Below are positions 17,672 to 30,200 of a stretch of DNA of 64,000 nucleotides, one piece after another. A program made the translations under genes and the position numbers. Under the pieces are notes generated by a model. It saw only the letters and a program-made list of their open reading frames with translations. It searched no databases and was not told the DNA's origin. Every line of letters begins with the position of its first letter. Position 1 is the first letter of the stretch. The stretch is taken from the NCBI GenBank assembly GCA_046329555.1, contig JAXLUK010000005.1:188801-252800 (forward strand), read 5' to 3'. The stretch comes from Chitinophagales bacterium (GTDB lineage Bacteria > Bacteroidota > Bacteroidia > Chitinophagales > LD1).

Positions 17672-19837
17672 ATGAAAAAAATATACACACTGTACGCCAT
17701 GATTTTGGCGATTACCGTTGCAAGCGCGCAACAAGCTTCAATGGGCTGTATTACCGATCACATGGATCGGAAATTGACGGAAGGCAATCCTGAGGCCATT
17801 GTAAGTAAGGAATTGCTGGATCAATTTACGGCGCAATTTGTGGCGACCTACAAAAAGAACCATCCGAATGAACGGGGTACGAACTACGTGATTCCGGTGG
17901 TGTTTCACATTCTTCACGACGGTGGCGCAGAAAACCTTACTGATGCGCTTATTCGTACTGAAATGAGCAACTGGAATGAGTATTACAGCAGAAGCAATCC
18001 TGAATTGCCATCGGCATCACCATGGTATAATTCCAGCGGCTTGAATTTGATTGCAGATATCGGCATTGAGTTTCGTTTGGCGCACCTAGATCCGAACGGT
18101 CACTGTACCACCGGTATTGAGCATATCTATACACAAGGTACTTATTATGGCAACGACGACGATAAAATGCGTCCTTGGCCACGTGAGAAATATTTGAACA
18201 TCTGGGTGGTTCGCTGTTTACAGGGCGACTGTGGCACATATGGTACACTGGCTTACGCATACTATCCGTCTTCCGTTTCCACCTTTAACAACGGTCGCAT
18301 TATCGATGGTATTATTGTGAAATACGGAAGTGTTGGCGGCTTTACCTTGCGCGGTACCATTGCCCACGAAGCTGGACACTGGATGAACCTGCAACACACC
18401 TGGGGAAATAACAATGATCCAGGGACCGTGTGCGGTGATGATGGTGTTGATGACACCCCAATTACTAAGGGTAACTTAGGCGGTTGCGATACGGCTCGCC
18501 GTGTGTGCAGTCCGGGTCGCCCTGATACTACTAAACCAGAAGCCGAACAGGACATTATGAACTATTCTGATTGTTCTGTTTATTTCACCGAAGGGCAAAA
18601 AGCGCGCATGCTGGCGGTTTTAGAAGATACTTTAAATGTTTCCGGAAGAAATACCATCTGGAAAATGCCGAATCTGATTGCAACAGGGGTGGATGGCTCC
18701 AATACCTGCGAGCCGGCGCCTATCGCTGAATACGGTGCTAATAAGCGCTATGTATGTCTGGGTTCACCAGTGAAGTTTACTGATTATTCTTACAATTATA
18801 ACTCTTTAGATTCGCGTACCTGGACATTCCCGGGAGATGCCGATATTACTACATCTAACAATGCATCAGAAAATATCACCTTCAGTTCACCGGGCTTTAA
18901 AGAAGTACAACTGCAGGTGACGAATACGTCGGGATCTGACACCAAAATTAAGAGTATCGTTTACGTAGCTGACAACAGCAATCCAATTACTGCTCCGGCT
19001 ATTGAAACATTTGAAGATCGCGGACTTTCTGAATCCCGTTGGGTGCCGTTGAATTATGATAATAACCAAACATCATTTTCTTATTTCGATAAAGTGGGTC
19101 ATAGCAGCCGTTCTTGTTACAAACTGAACAATTATGATTCCCGCTATCGCAACGACCTCGATGAGTTGGTTTCTCCGCCTTATGATTTGTCTTACCTGAC
19201 CGATGCTGAATTCCGCATTTCATTCCGCTATTCATTTGCTACTTTTAATTCCAATGGCGTAAACAATCCCGACGATTCTTTAGTGGTGTACATTTCAAAA
19301 GATTGTGGCGCTACTTGGAAAAGTATTTACAGCAATGGCCGTGCTGGATTATACAACGCTGGATATATTGCCGGGCCATATACCCCACAATCTGCAGAGG
19401 AATACTGGAGAAAAGTTTCTGTTAACTTGAAAACAGCCAACGGAATCGGAGCGCCGTATAAAGCGGCTGGTGTTTTGTTCAAGTTTGCTGTGTTTAGCTC
19501 ATACCTGGGCAATAACTTCTATCTGGACAACATCAACATTGGTAATGTAGATGAAACTTTCCTGGGCATTAACGACCATGTTGCTATCGAAGGGTTATCT
19601 GTTTACCCTAACCCGGCTACTGACAAGGCCATCGTTGAAATCTCTACTTCATCACCAAAAGAAGTGAGCATGAAGTTGGTTGATTTAACTGGAAAAGAAA
19701 TCAAGACTGTTTACGAAGGTGCCATTGATGGTGATCAACGCATCAACTTTGAAACCGGTGATCTGGCAAGCGGAATCTATCACTTGCAGGTTGTTTCCGG
19801 AAAAGACCGCTTGGTTCGCAAGTTCGTGAAACTGTAA
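17672..19837 (+). CDS. M43 (pappalysin-like) zinc metalloprotease with T9SS type-A sorting domain
   Basis: HEAGHWMNLQHTWG zinc motif and a PKD-like middle region. C-terminal VYPNPATDKAIVEI...GIYHLQVVSG...FVKL. Confidence 0.8.
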   Translation: MKKIYTLYAMILAITVASAQQASMGCITDHMDRKLTEGNPEAIVSKELLDQFTAQFVATYKKNHPNERGTNYVIPVVFHILHDGGAENLTDALIRTEMSNWNEYYSRSNPELPSASPWYNSSGLNLIADIGIEFRLAHLDPNGHCTTGIEHIYTQGTYYGNDDDKMRPWPREKYLNIWVVRCLQGDCGTYGTLAYAYYPSSVSTFNNGRIIDGIIVKYGSVGGFTLRGTIAHEAGHWMNLQHTWGNNNDPGTVCGDDGVDDTPITKGNLGGCDTARRVCSPGRPDTTKPEAEQDIMNYSDCSVYFTEGQKARMLAVLEDTLNVSGRNTIWKMPNLIATGVDGSNTCEPAPIAEYGANKRYVCLGSPVKFTDYSYNYNSLDSRTWTFPGDADITTSNNASENITFSSPGFKEVQLQVTNTSGSDTKIKSIVYVADNSNPITAPAIETFEDRGLSESRWVPLNYDNNQTSFSYFDKVGHSSRSCYKLNNYDSRYRNDLDELVSPPYDLSYLTDAEFRISFRYSFATFNSNGVNNPDDSLVVYISKDCGATWKSIYSNGRAGLYNAGYIAGPYTPQSAEEYWRKVSVNLKTANGIGAPYKAAGVLFKFAVFSSYLGNNFYLDNINIGNVDETFLGINDHVAIEGLSVYPNPATDKAIVEISTSSPKEVSMKLVDLTGKEIKTVYEGAIDGDQRINFETGDLASGIYHLQVVSGKDRLVRKFVKL

Positions 19838-19857
19838 ATCATTAATTAAAGATTAAT

Positions 19858-19892
19858 AGGAGGGCGAAAATGTTTTCGCCCTCCTTTTTTTT
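19858..19892 (+). terminator. Rho-independent terminator
   Basis: 13-bp stem AGGAGGGCGAAAA / TTTTCGCCCTCCT followed by a T-run. Confidence 0.8.
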
Positions 19893-19900
19893 AGACTGCT

Positions 19901-20836
19901 TTAGATGGGCGGCAATGGCTTTGACCGGGTCTCAATACGCGGTAACAACGGCTTTACTTTATGGATGATTTGTTGTTGAAGTTTATTCAGGATACTTTTT
20001 TTTGCAAAGTGCCGGTGAACAACCAAGCCAACTGAACGGTAGGGAACAGGAGCACTGAATGCGGCCAGGTGCCTGTGATCCACAGCCCGGAAATCGAGGG
20101 TGGCTAAATACGGCAACAAGGTGGTGAGCCGATTTGCCTTTACAAAACGCACCAATCCATCAATTGAGCCAGCCTGGTATTCGAAGTTTAGCAGGTTTTT
20201 CTGCGTATTGCGGGTGTGCCGGCATAAACTGACTACCTGAGTACGCATACAGTGTCCTTCCTCCATCAGGCAAAGGCGTTCTGTTTTCAACGCTTTCGCC
20301 AGCACCTTCTTTTGGTTAATTTGATTTGGATCATAAAGCACAAAGGGCTCATGATACAATGGGGTTTCCAGTAGATCAGCGTCAAGAAGCGGGGTAGAAA
20401 CGATACCGATGTCTAGCTCGCGTGATTTTAACTTTTTCGTAATTTCCTCAGTAGTTTCTTCCCGCACTACAATTTCAAGTTTGGGAAAGCTAGCGCCGAA
20501 TTCCTGTAGAAATAACGGCAATAGAAAAGGCGCGATGGTGGGTATTACCGCAAGGTGCAGCGGACCAGATAGTTCTCCTTTGAGCCCCATGACCAAATCA
20601 TTTAACTGCGCAATTTCACGCCTCAACACTTTGAGCTGTTCAATCAATTGAATTCCTTCCTGCGTGATGTCAACGGGCTTCCGTTTTCTGTCAAAAATGT
20701 GTAACCCCACCTCGTCCTCAAACCGGGCAATCATGGTACTCAAGGTAGATTGACTGACAAAGCACTTTTCTGCGGCCGTCTCAAAATGTCGGTATTCTGC
20801 TACCGCAAGGACGTATTCAAATTGTTGAAGATTCAT
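19901..20836 (-). CDS. oxyR: LysR-family peroxide sensor/regulator OxyR
   Basis: LysR HTH N-terminus. Redox Cys pair in LCLMEEGHCMRTQ. Divergent from katG. Confidence 0.85.
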   Translation of the reverse strand: MNLQQFEYVLAVAEYRHFETAAEKCFVSQSTLSTMIARFEDEVGLHIFDRKRKPVDITQEGIQLIEQLKVLRREIAQLNDLVMGLKGELSGPLHLAVIPTIAPFLLPLFLQEFGASFPKLEIVVREETTEEITKKLKSRELDIGIVSTPLLDADLLETPLYHEPFVLYDPNQINQKKVLAKALKTERLCLMEEGHCMRTQVVSLCRHTRNTQKNLLNFEYQAGSIDGLVRFVKANRLTTLLPYLATLDFRAVDHRHLAAFSAPVPYRSVGLVVHRHFAKKSILNKLQQQIIHKVKPLLPRIETRSKPLPPI

Positions 20837-20845
20837 CTATAAAAT

Positions 20846-23200
<2,355 letters not shown>

Positions 23201-23211
23201 AAGTAGTTAGC

Positions 23212-23260
23212 AGGAACGCCGGCTGATGCCCACGTTAGGGTTAGCCGGCGTTCCTTTTTT
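23212..23260 (+). terminator. Rho-independent terminator after katG
   Basis: 13-bp stem AGGAACGCCGGCT / AGCCGGCGTTCCT, 18-nt loop, then TTTTTT. Confidence 0.7.
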
Positions 23261-24092
23261 AGATCCTACTATTCACCCAGGTGATTATGCCGTTCAATAC
23301 TTTTTCGCGGTCGGCCTGTGGTTCGTTATGCAGTTCGTGATAGAAGCCATCCCAACGCTGAAAGGTGATGAGTTGCTTTGGTGCGTTCTTTACAAAATCT
23401 TCCGAACCGGAAAAGGCAATGAGCCGATCGGCAGTACCATGAGCAATATAGCAAGGAATCGTTAATGAATTCGCGTGCTCAATGGCCCATGAAGCGGCAT
23501 GATGTGTGTCAAAAAACGTTCCGGCGCGCGCCGTGTTGTGTACCAGCGGATCTTGTTCGTACTTACGTACTTCGGCCGCATCCCGCGAAAGCGCACCCGT
23601 GTCTAAATCGGCTTTTTCAGGAAATTTAGGATAGACATTTTTCATGATTTTGGCCAGGAACAATTTAAAAGCAGGCGGCTCAAAACCCAATCGCAGCCAG
23701 GGTGCTGTGGCAATAACGCCGGCAATGGCCGGTTTCCGCCTGAGGGTGTAATTCAACACCATATTTCCACCCATGCTGTGACCGTATAAAAAACGCGGCA
23801 AGCCGGGAAAACGTTTGGCCGCTTCTTCCAACAGCGAGCCAATGCTATCCATAGAAGCCTCCAGCGATGGGGAATAACCGCGTGGCCCTTCTGTTTTACC
23901 ATGCCCGTATTGATCGATCGCCAAAACAGCAATGCCGTTCTGGCAGAAGAAGTCAGCAACATGTGCAAACCGTCCGCCGTGTTCTGCGAAGCCATGGACC
24001 AGCGCAATAACTGCTCTGGGTTTTTCAGGAGCCCATCCTTGCGCGTATAGTTGATAGCCAGCGTGCGTCCAGTTCCATTCTATATGTGTCAT
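23259..24092 (-). CDS. Alpha/beta hydrolase (lysophospholipase/monoacylglycerol lipase-like)
   Basis: HGFAEHGGRF and the nucleophile elbow GHSMGG. Confidence 0.8.
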   Translation of the reverse strand: MTHIEWNWTHAGYQLYAQGWAPEKPRAVIALVHGFAEHGGRFAHVADFFCQNGIAVLAIDQYGHGKTEGPRGYSPSLEASMDSIGSLLEEAAKRFPGLPRFLYGHSMGGNMVLNYTLRRKPAIAGVIATAPWLRLGFEPPAFKLFLAKIMKNVYPKFPEKADLDTGALSRDAAEVRKYEQDPLVHNTARAGTFFDTHHAASWAIEHANSLTIPCYIAHGTADRLIAFSGSEDFVKNAPKQLITFQRWDGFYHELHNEPQADREKVLNGIITWVNSRI

Positions 24093-24243
24093 AGTAGCTT
24101 GGTGTATTTTAGCGAATGTAGAAAATATTACCTGCCGATGGGGCCGCCACCGCGCTATTTGCGTTTAGAAATTTTGGTTGTTGACAGGAATTAGCAGGCG
24201 TTTTCGCGTTTTTGCGTTACTTCGCCACGCTTAAAAAAGACGA

Positions 24244-25383
24244 ATGAATTTTACGCTTTCTGAAGAACACTTAATGATCCGCAAGGCGGCGCGCGATTTC
24301 GCTCAAAACGTTTGTAAACCCGGCGTGATAGAACGCGATACCGATATGATTTGGCCAGCCGATCAAGTGAAGGGAATGGCCGACTTAGGTTTTCTGGGCA
24401 TGATGGTGGATGAAAAATATGGCGGCGCCGGATTGGATACCCTGAGTTATGTTATAGCACTGGAAGAAATTTCTAAAATCGATAATTCTTCCTCGGTACT
24501 AATGAGCGTGAACAACTCGCTGGTGTGTTGGGGTTTGCAGGAATTTGGCACCGAAGCACAAAAACAAAAATACCTGGTGCCATTGGCGAAAGGCGAAAAG
24601 TTGGGCGCCTTCTGTCTTAGTGAGCCCGAAGCAGGCAGCGATGCTACTTCGCAATCAACTACCGCAATTGAAAAAGACGACCACTACCTGCTGAACGGAA
24701 CGAAAAACTGGATTACCAACGGTGGATGTGCTTCGGTGTATCTGGTCATTGCACAAACCCATCCGGAACTAGGTCATCGCGGCATCAACGTCTTCATCGT
24801 TGAAAAAGGCATGGAAGGTTTTGTTGTAGGAAAGAAAGAAGACAAGCTGGGTATTCGTTCCAGTGATACGCACACCTTGCTATTCAACGATGTAAAAGTG
24901 CCAAAGGAAAACAGAATCGGTGAAGATGGATTTGGTTTCAAATTCGCGATGAAAACTTTGGCTGGTGGCCGTATCGGCATTGCCGCACAGGCCTTAGGTA
25001 TCGCGGCTGGCGCATATGAGCTGGCGGCCGCCTACGCGCAGGAGCGCAAGGCGTTTAAAAAGGAAATTATCCAGCATCAGGCCATCGCGTTTAAGTTGGC
25101 GCAAATGGCTACAGAAATCGAAGCGGCTCGCCTGATGGTTTACAAGGCGGCATTTTTGAAAGACCAACATCAAAATTACGATACCGCATCAGCCATGGCC
25201 AAGGTGTTTGCTTCTGAAACAGCCATGCGCACAACAGTAGAAGCCGTGCAGATTCACGGTGGATACGGATTCGTGAAAGAGTATCATGTGGAGCGTTTGA
25301 TGCGCGATGCGAAGATCACACAGATTTATGAAGGCACTTCAGAAGTGCAGCGTATAGTTATTTCCAGAAGTGTGTTGCAATAA
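24244..25383 (+). CDS. Acyl-CoA dehydrogenase (short/butyryl-CoA type)
   Basis: 379 aa. GAFCLSEPEAGSDA, the typical ACAD fold motifs and C-terminal IYEGTSEVQR. Confidence 0.9.
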   Translation: MNFTLSEEHLMIRKAARDFAQNVCKPGVIERDTDMIWPADQVKGMADLGFLGMMVDEKYGGAGLDTLSYVIALEEISKIDNSSSVLMSVNNSLVCWGLQEFGTEAQKQKYLVPLAKGEKLGAFCLSEPEAGSDATSQSTTAIEKDDHYLLNGTKNWITNGGCASVYLVIAQTHPELGHRGINVFIVEKGMEGFVVGKKEDKLGIRSSDTHTLLFNDVKVPKENRIGEDGFGFKFAMKTLAGGRIGIAAQALGIAAGAYELAAAYAQERKAFKKEIIQHQAIAFKLAQMATEIEAARLMVYKAAFLKDQHQNYDTASAMAKVFASETAMRTTVEAVQIHGGYGFVKEYHVERLMRDAKITQIYEGTSEVQRIVISRSVLQ

Positions 25384-27127
25384 TCCATTTCGTTTCCGCT
25401 GTTCTTTCGAAACCATTCGAAAGGCAGTTGCTTTTTGTTGTCTGCTGGTCTTGATGGGATGCCAGCACCACACATCGTCACCGCCACACCCACAGCATGC
25501 CAAAGGCCCGGTAAAATACGGCGGCGTTTTTCATATGAATGAAACGGAATATTTTCGTTCACTTTTCCCGCAAAACGTAACGGAAACAGTAGGTCATCGC
25601 ATCACTAATCAGGTGTATGAAGGCCTGGTGATGTTGCGGCAAAGCGACCTAAGCGTGCAACCGGCACTGGCCTACCGATGGGAGATTGAAGACTCGGCAA
25701 GGCGTTTTATTTTTCATTTAAGGCGGGGCGTCTATTTCCACAATGATGCGTGTTTTAAGAATGGCCGCGGTCGCGAATTTAATGCCAACGATGTTGTTTA
25801 TTGCTTTCAAAAATTGTGTACGCCCGATGTGCAAAATCAAGGTTTTTGGTTGTTTAAAGATTTGGTGCAAGGGGCGAATGAGTTTTTTGCCGATCGCGAA
25901 GTAAATGCAGGAAAATTGAGTCATGTAGCGGGCATTCGCGCCTTGAACGACAGCACGGTTGAAATAAAATTAGTACGCCCCTTTGCTGGATTTTTGTTTC
26001 GGTTAGCCATGCCGTTCACGGCCATCTTTCCGAAAGAAGCCGTAGATTATTACGGTATTGATATGCGCGAACACGCGGTAGGTACCGGCCCTTTTGTGAT
26101 TAAAAAAATTATGCCCGATGCGGGCGTGTTCTTAGTTAGAAACGAACACTACTGGGGTGTTGATTCATTTGGCAATCAGTTGCCGTACCTCGATGCCATC
26201 AGATGGTCGTTCATTAAAGAAGAAAAAGTGGAGATGCTGGAATTCAAAAAAGGTAAGCTGGAGATGAAGTACCGCCTGCCATTGGATATGGTTACACAAG
26301 TGATTTCATCAGAAGGAAAACTGCAACCAGAATACAAGCGATTTCAACTGCAAACGGTTCCTGAACTGTCTACGCAATATTATGGGTTGTTGCACACGGG
26401 TAAAATTTTCAACAACGTTCATGTGCGCAGGGCCTTCAATTATGCAATTGACAGGCAGCGCATTGTTCGCTATACCTTGAAAGGCGAAGGCGTTCCCGTT
26501 ACAGCGGGAATTGTTCCGGAAGGCATGCCGGGATATCGTTACGATAATATCAAGGGATTTACTTTTGATGTCCAAAAAGCGCAGACTGAATTAGCGCAAG
26601 CAGGTTATCCCAATGGAAAGAATTTTCCGGCGCTCACCTTGCATATTAATAGTGGTGGTGGAAGGAATGAAAAAGTAGCGGAGGCCATTACAGCCATGCT
26701 GAAAGAAAATCTGAATATCGATGTAGATATTTCTCAGTCGCTTTGGGCCCAGCATACAGAAAACTCGGAAATGGGAAGATTTGATTTCTGGCGATTAGGG
26801 TGGGTGGCAGATTATCCCGATCCGGAAAATTTTCTGAATCTGTGTTACGGAAAAAATGTTCCGGCAGATGGCGGCCGTGCCTATATTAATTCATTTCGTT
26901 ATGTGAATCCGGCATACGACCGCTTATTTGAGCAGGCAATGGCCACTGCTGATGTAGAACAGCGCAACCGGCTCTATGAAACATTAACGCAAATTACTAT
27001 TGATGACGCAGTGACGCTCAATATTTTCTATTCTTTGAACCGCAGAGTGCTACAACCTTATGTGCGCAATTTTCCTGCTAATGGTATGGAACAAAGGCTG
27101 TTAAAAGAAGTTTGGCTGGATCGTTAG
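25370..27127 (+). CDS. ABC-transporter family-5 (peptide/nickel type) substrate-binding lipoprotein; start uncertain
   Basis: Lipobox LLVLMGCQ. Length and motifs (GTGPF, WVADYPDPENF) are typical of SBP family 5. The ORF-track start overlaps the ACAD stop by 14 nt. No adjacent permease or ATPase genes. Confidence 0.7.
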   Translation: MCCNNPFRFRCSFETIRKAVAFCCLLVLMGCQHHTSSPPHPQHAKGPVKYGGVFHMNETEYFRSLFPQNVTETVGHRITNQVYEGLVMLRQSDLSVQPALAYRWEIEDSARRFIFHLRRGVYFHNDACFKNGRGREFNANDVVYCFQKLCTPDVQNQGFWLFKDLVQGANEFFADREVNAGKLSHVAGIRALNDSTVEIKLVRPFAGFLFRLAMPFTAIFPKEAVDYYGIDMREHAVGTGPFVIKKIMPDAGVFLVRNEHYWGVDSFGNQLPYLDAIRWSFIKEEKVEMLEFKKGKLEMKYRLPLDMVTQVISSEGKLQPEYKRFQLQTVPELSTQYYGLLHTGKIFNNVHVRRAFNYAIDRQRIVRYTLKGEGVPVTAGIVPEGMPGYRYDNIKGFTFDVQKAQTELAQAGYPNGKNFPALTLHINSGGGRNEKVAEAITAMLKENLNIDVDISQSLWAQHTENSEMGRFDFWRLGWVADYPDPENFLNLCYGKNVPADGGRAYINSFRYVNPAYDRLFEQAMATADVEQRNRLYETLTQITIDDAVTLNIFYSLNRRVLQPYVRNFPANGMEQRLLKEVWLDR

Positions 27128-27221
27128 GGTGTACGCTATACTATTCGATACACACCGCATACCCTGATTTTTTAATCATTCCCTGCTGCATTAATTGTAT
27201 TTTTACCACAACGATTTTAGC

Positions 27222-30200
27222 ATGAAAAAGTACTTACTCAGTTGTTTTCTTTTTTGCGCGGCTGCAGCCATTCAGGCGCAAGTGGCCACCAACTACGTCT
27301 TTTCGCAATTTAGCGGTAGCTATTCACCTATCTCAGGCGGCACCGTGTTATTTACGGGATCATTTGATGATGACGATCCGGTACAGGTTGTCATTCCGGC
27401 ATTCACCATTGACGGCGTGGCACAAACGGATATGTGGGTGGATCCTAATGGATTTATCGGTTTTGGTGGTACCGGATGGTTCGGCGGCGATTCTTATACC
27501 CCGCTTTCGTCATCGTCAGCAACGCTGGATGCAGCGGCCATCATTGCGCCTTTCGGTCGCGATTTGGAAAATGCTGATGCCGGCAGCCCGGAAATTAGCT
27601 GGACCACTTTGGGTAATGAAATCGTAGTGCAGTATCAGGATGTGCATCGTTACCGGGCTTCAACCGTTACTGAGCAATTTAGTTTTCAGATTCGGATGAA
27701 TACAGTTTCAGGAACAATTGATGTGGTATACGGCGATATTACCGGAACGTCTACAGCTACAGGGCTGCCTCAGGTAGGACTGCGCGGCCCTGATAATACC
27801 TTTGCTACAAATGTGAATAATCGTACTGTCGGCACATCGGGTCCATGGCTGGCCTCTACTTCAGGCACAGCCAACAACAGTACCATGGAATTCAATCCGC
27901 CGGTATGGAACCCAGGCGATGTGTTTGAATGGCAGCTTGCTCCGCCCTGCTCAGGACAGCCAACTTTGGGTACAGCGCAGTCAACGCTAACAAATGTTTG
28001 TCCCGGCCAGTTCTTCAGTCTGTCATTGGTCTCTAATCCGGCAGGAACGGCTATATCATATCAATGGCAGGTTTCTTCAGATAGCATCAACTTTACTGAT
28101 ATTAACGGCGCAACTTCAATCAGTTATTCCGACACACAAGTTGCTACTTCTTATTATCGTTTGGTGGCATTGTGCAATCCCAGCGGACAAAGCGATACAT
28201 CCAGCATTGTAGCTATCTACCAAAATCCAGTTACGCTTTGTTATTGTCAGGATATTGGAGGTAGTTGTGGTGGCCGCAATATCACAAACGTAGAAATCGT
28301 TTCTACCACTTTGAATAACGCTTCCTCTTGTGGCACCAACGCCCTGGGTTCTTCACAAACTACATTCCCGGCAAGCGGCAGCTCAACAGCCACTTTAAAC
28401 GTTGGTTCAACCTATACTATTAACGTAACCATTGGTGGAACCAGCATTGCATCTATTTGGTTCGATTGGGACCAAAGCGGAACATTTGATGCTTCAGAAT
28501 GGACACAGATTGGTACCAATTTACCAGCCGGGGTGAATACGGTTTCGATTACCGTTCCAAATACAGCTACGCTCGGCCTAACCGCTATGCGTATTCGTAC
28601 CCGTTCTACCGGAAGTGCCAATGGCAGCACCGATGCCTGCACCTATTTCTTCTCCGGTGAAACTGAAGATTACTTTGTTACCATCGCCAATGCTGTTGCC
28701 TGCACCGATCCGCCTGTAGCAGGTACAATTTCTGGCCCTACGTCTATATGCCCGAATCTTCCTTTCCGTCTTACGCTGTCTGGGCAAACACTGGGTACAA
28801 CTATTCAGTGGCAATCGTCAAACGACAACATATCGTTTTCAGATATTGCGGGTGGCGTTAATCCTATTCTTAATGCATCCGGTTTTTCAGGAACACAGTA
28901 CTACCGCGCCCGAATTAATTGCTCCGACACCGTTTATACTAATGTCTTAACCATTAATACCGCCGCTCCGGTTGCGGGTACTGTCAGCGGTCCAACGGTA
29001 GCCAATGCATACACTACCGGTGTATTTGTATTAAGTGGATTCAGCGGCGATACCATTCGCTGGCAATTCGGATTTACACCTAATGGTCCGTTCTCCAATA
29101 TTGGAACCAATAATGACAGCCTCACTGTATCTTTAGATGTGGCCGATACGGTTTATGTAAGGGCTTTGGTTTTAAATGCAGGAGGCTGTAAAGATTCTAC
29201 TAGCCCATGGAGCGTGATTATCTCTTTGCCTGGAAATGATGTGTGTGATGCACTGCCTATTGTATTGGGAACTAATGGTCCGTTCAACAATATTGCAGCC
29301 ACTACACAAGCAGGAGAAGTGGTACCTCCAGGACTTGGCTGTCAGCGTCAGGATGGCTGGTGTAATACCAGTTTAAGTTTCTCTATGTGGTTCCGCTTTG
29401 TTGCTCCGGCATCCGGACGCGTTACCATTCAATCACCAGATTTCGACACGCAATTAGCCTTGTGGCAAGCGCCGGCCTGTGATTCGTTGTTATCATCAAC
29501 GGGTGCCAAACTGTTGTTTGCCAACGATGATGATACGGCCTATGCTTCGCATAGTGGCGTACAATATTCTTCTTTCATAACAGCTACTTGCTTGAACCCG
29601 GGCCAAACCTACTACGTACAACTAGACGCCTATTCTACTTCAACCGGTGATACTACCCGAATCATCTTAACGGATATGGGTGCGTTAACATCTGCGTTCA
29701 ACGGATTAGATTCAGTGTACTGCGAAGGCAGTGCTAATGTCATCATGCGGCCTGTAATGTCGGGCGGTGTTTTCTCAGGAACGGGCATTACGGATTCAAC
29801 TTTCAGTCCGGTTACTGCTGGCATTGGAACGTTCCAGATCAAATACAAAATCAGCGCTTGTGATTCTACCGTGAAAACTGTTCGGGTAGTACACAAGCCG
29901 GTGGTAATGGGTACACCTGCTATTACCGATGTACCTTGCCGCGGTGGCGCCAATGGCATCATTAATGTGACCATTGATAGCGGCAGTGCGCCATATCGCT
30001 CTTTCTGGAGTAATGGCGCAACTACCGAAGACCTTACCGCTGCAGCCGGGGTTTACCGCGATTCTATTGCCGATGTTTATGGCTGTTCAGTTACAGCCGG
30101 GCCATTTACTATTAATGAACCGGCCAGTGTTGTTGCTGCCACTATCGACAGCACCCGTCATGTAGATTGTTTTGGCAATGCTAATGGCACGGTGTATGTT

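Noticed and set aside
25370-25460. Apparent 14-nt overlap between the acyl-CoA dehydrogenase stop and the SBP start, considered as possible programmed coupling.
   Set aside because: It is more likely start-codon ambiguity. The lipobox (LMGC) lies ~30 codons in, and alternative non-ATG starts cannot be excluded by eye.
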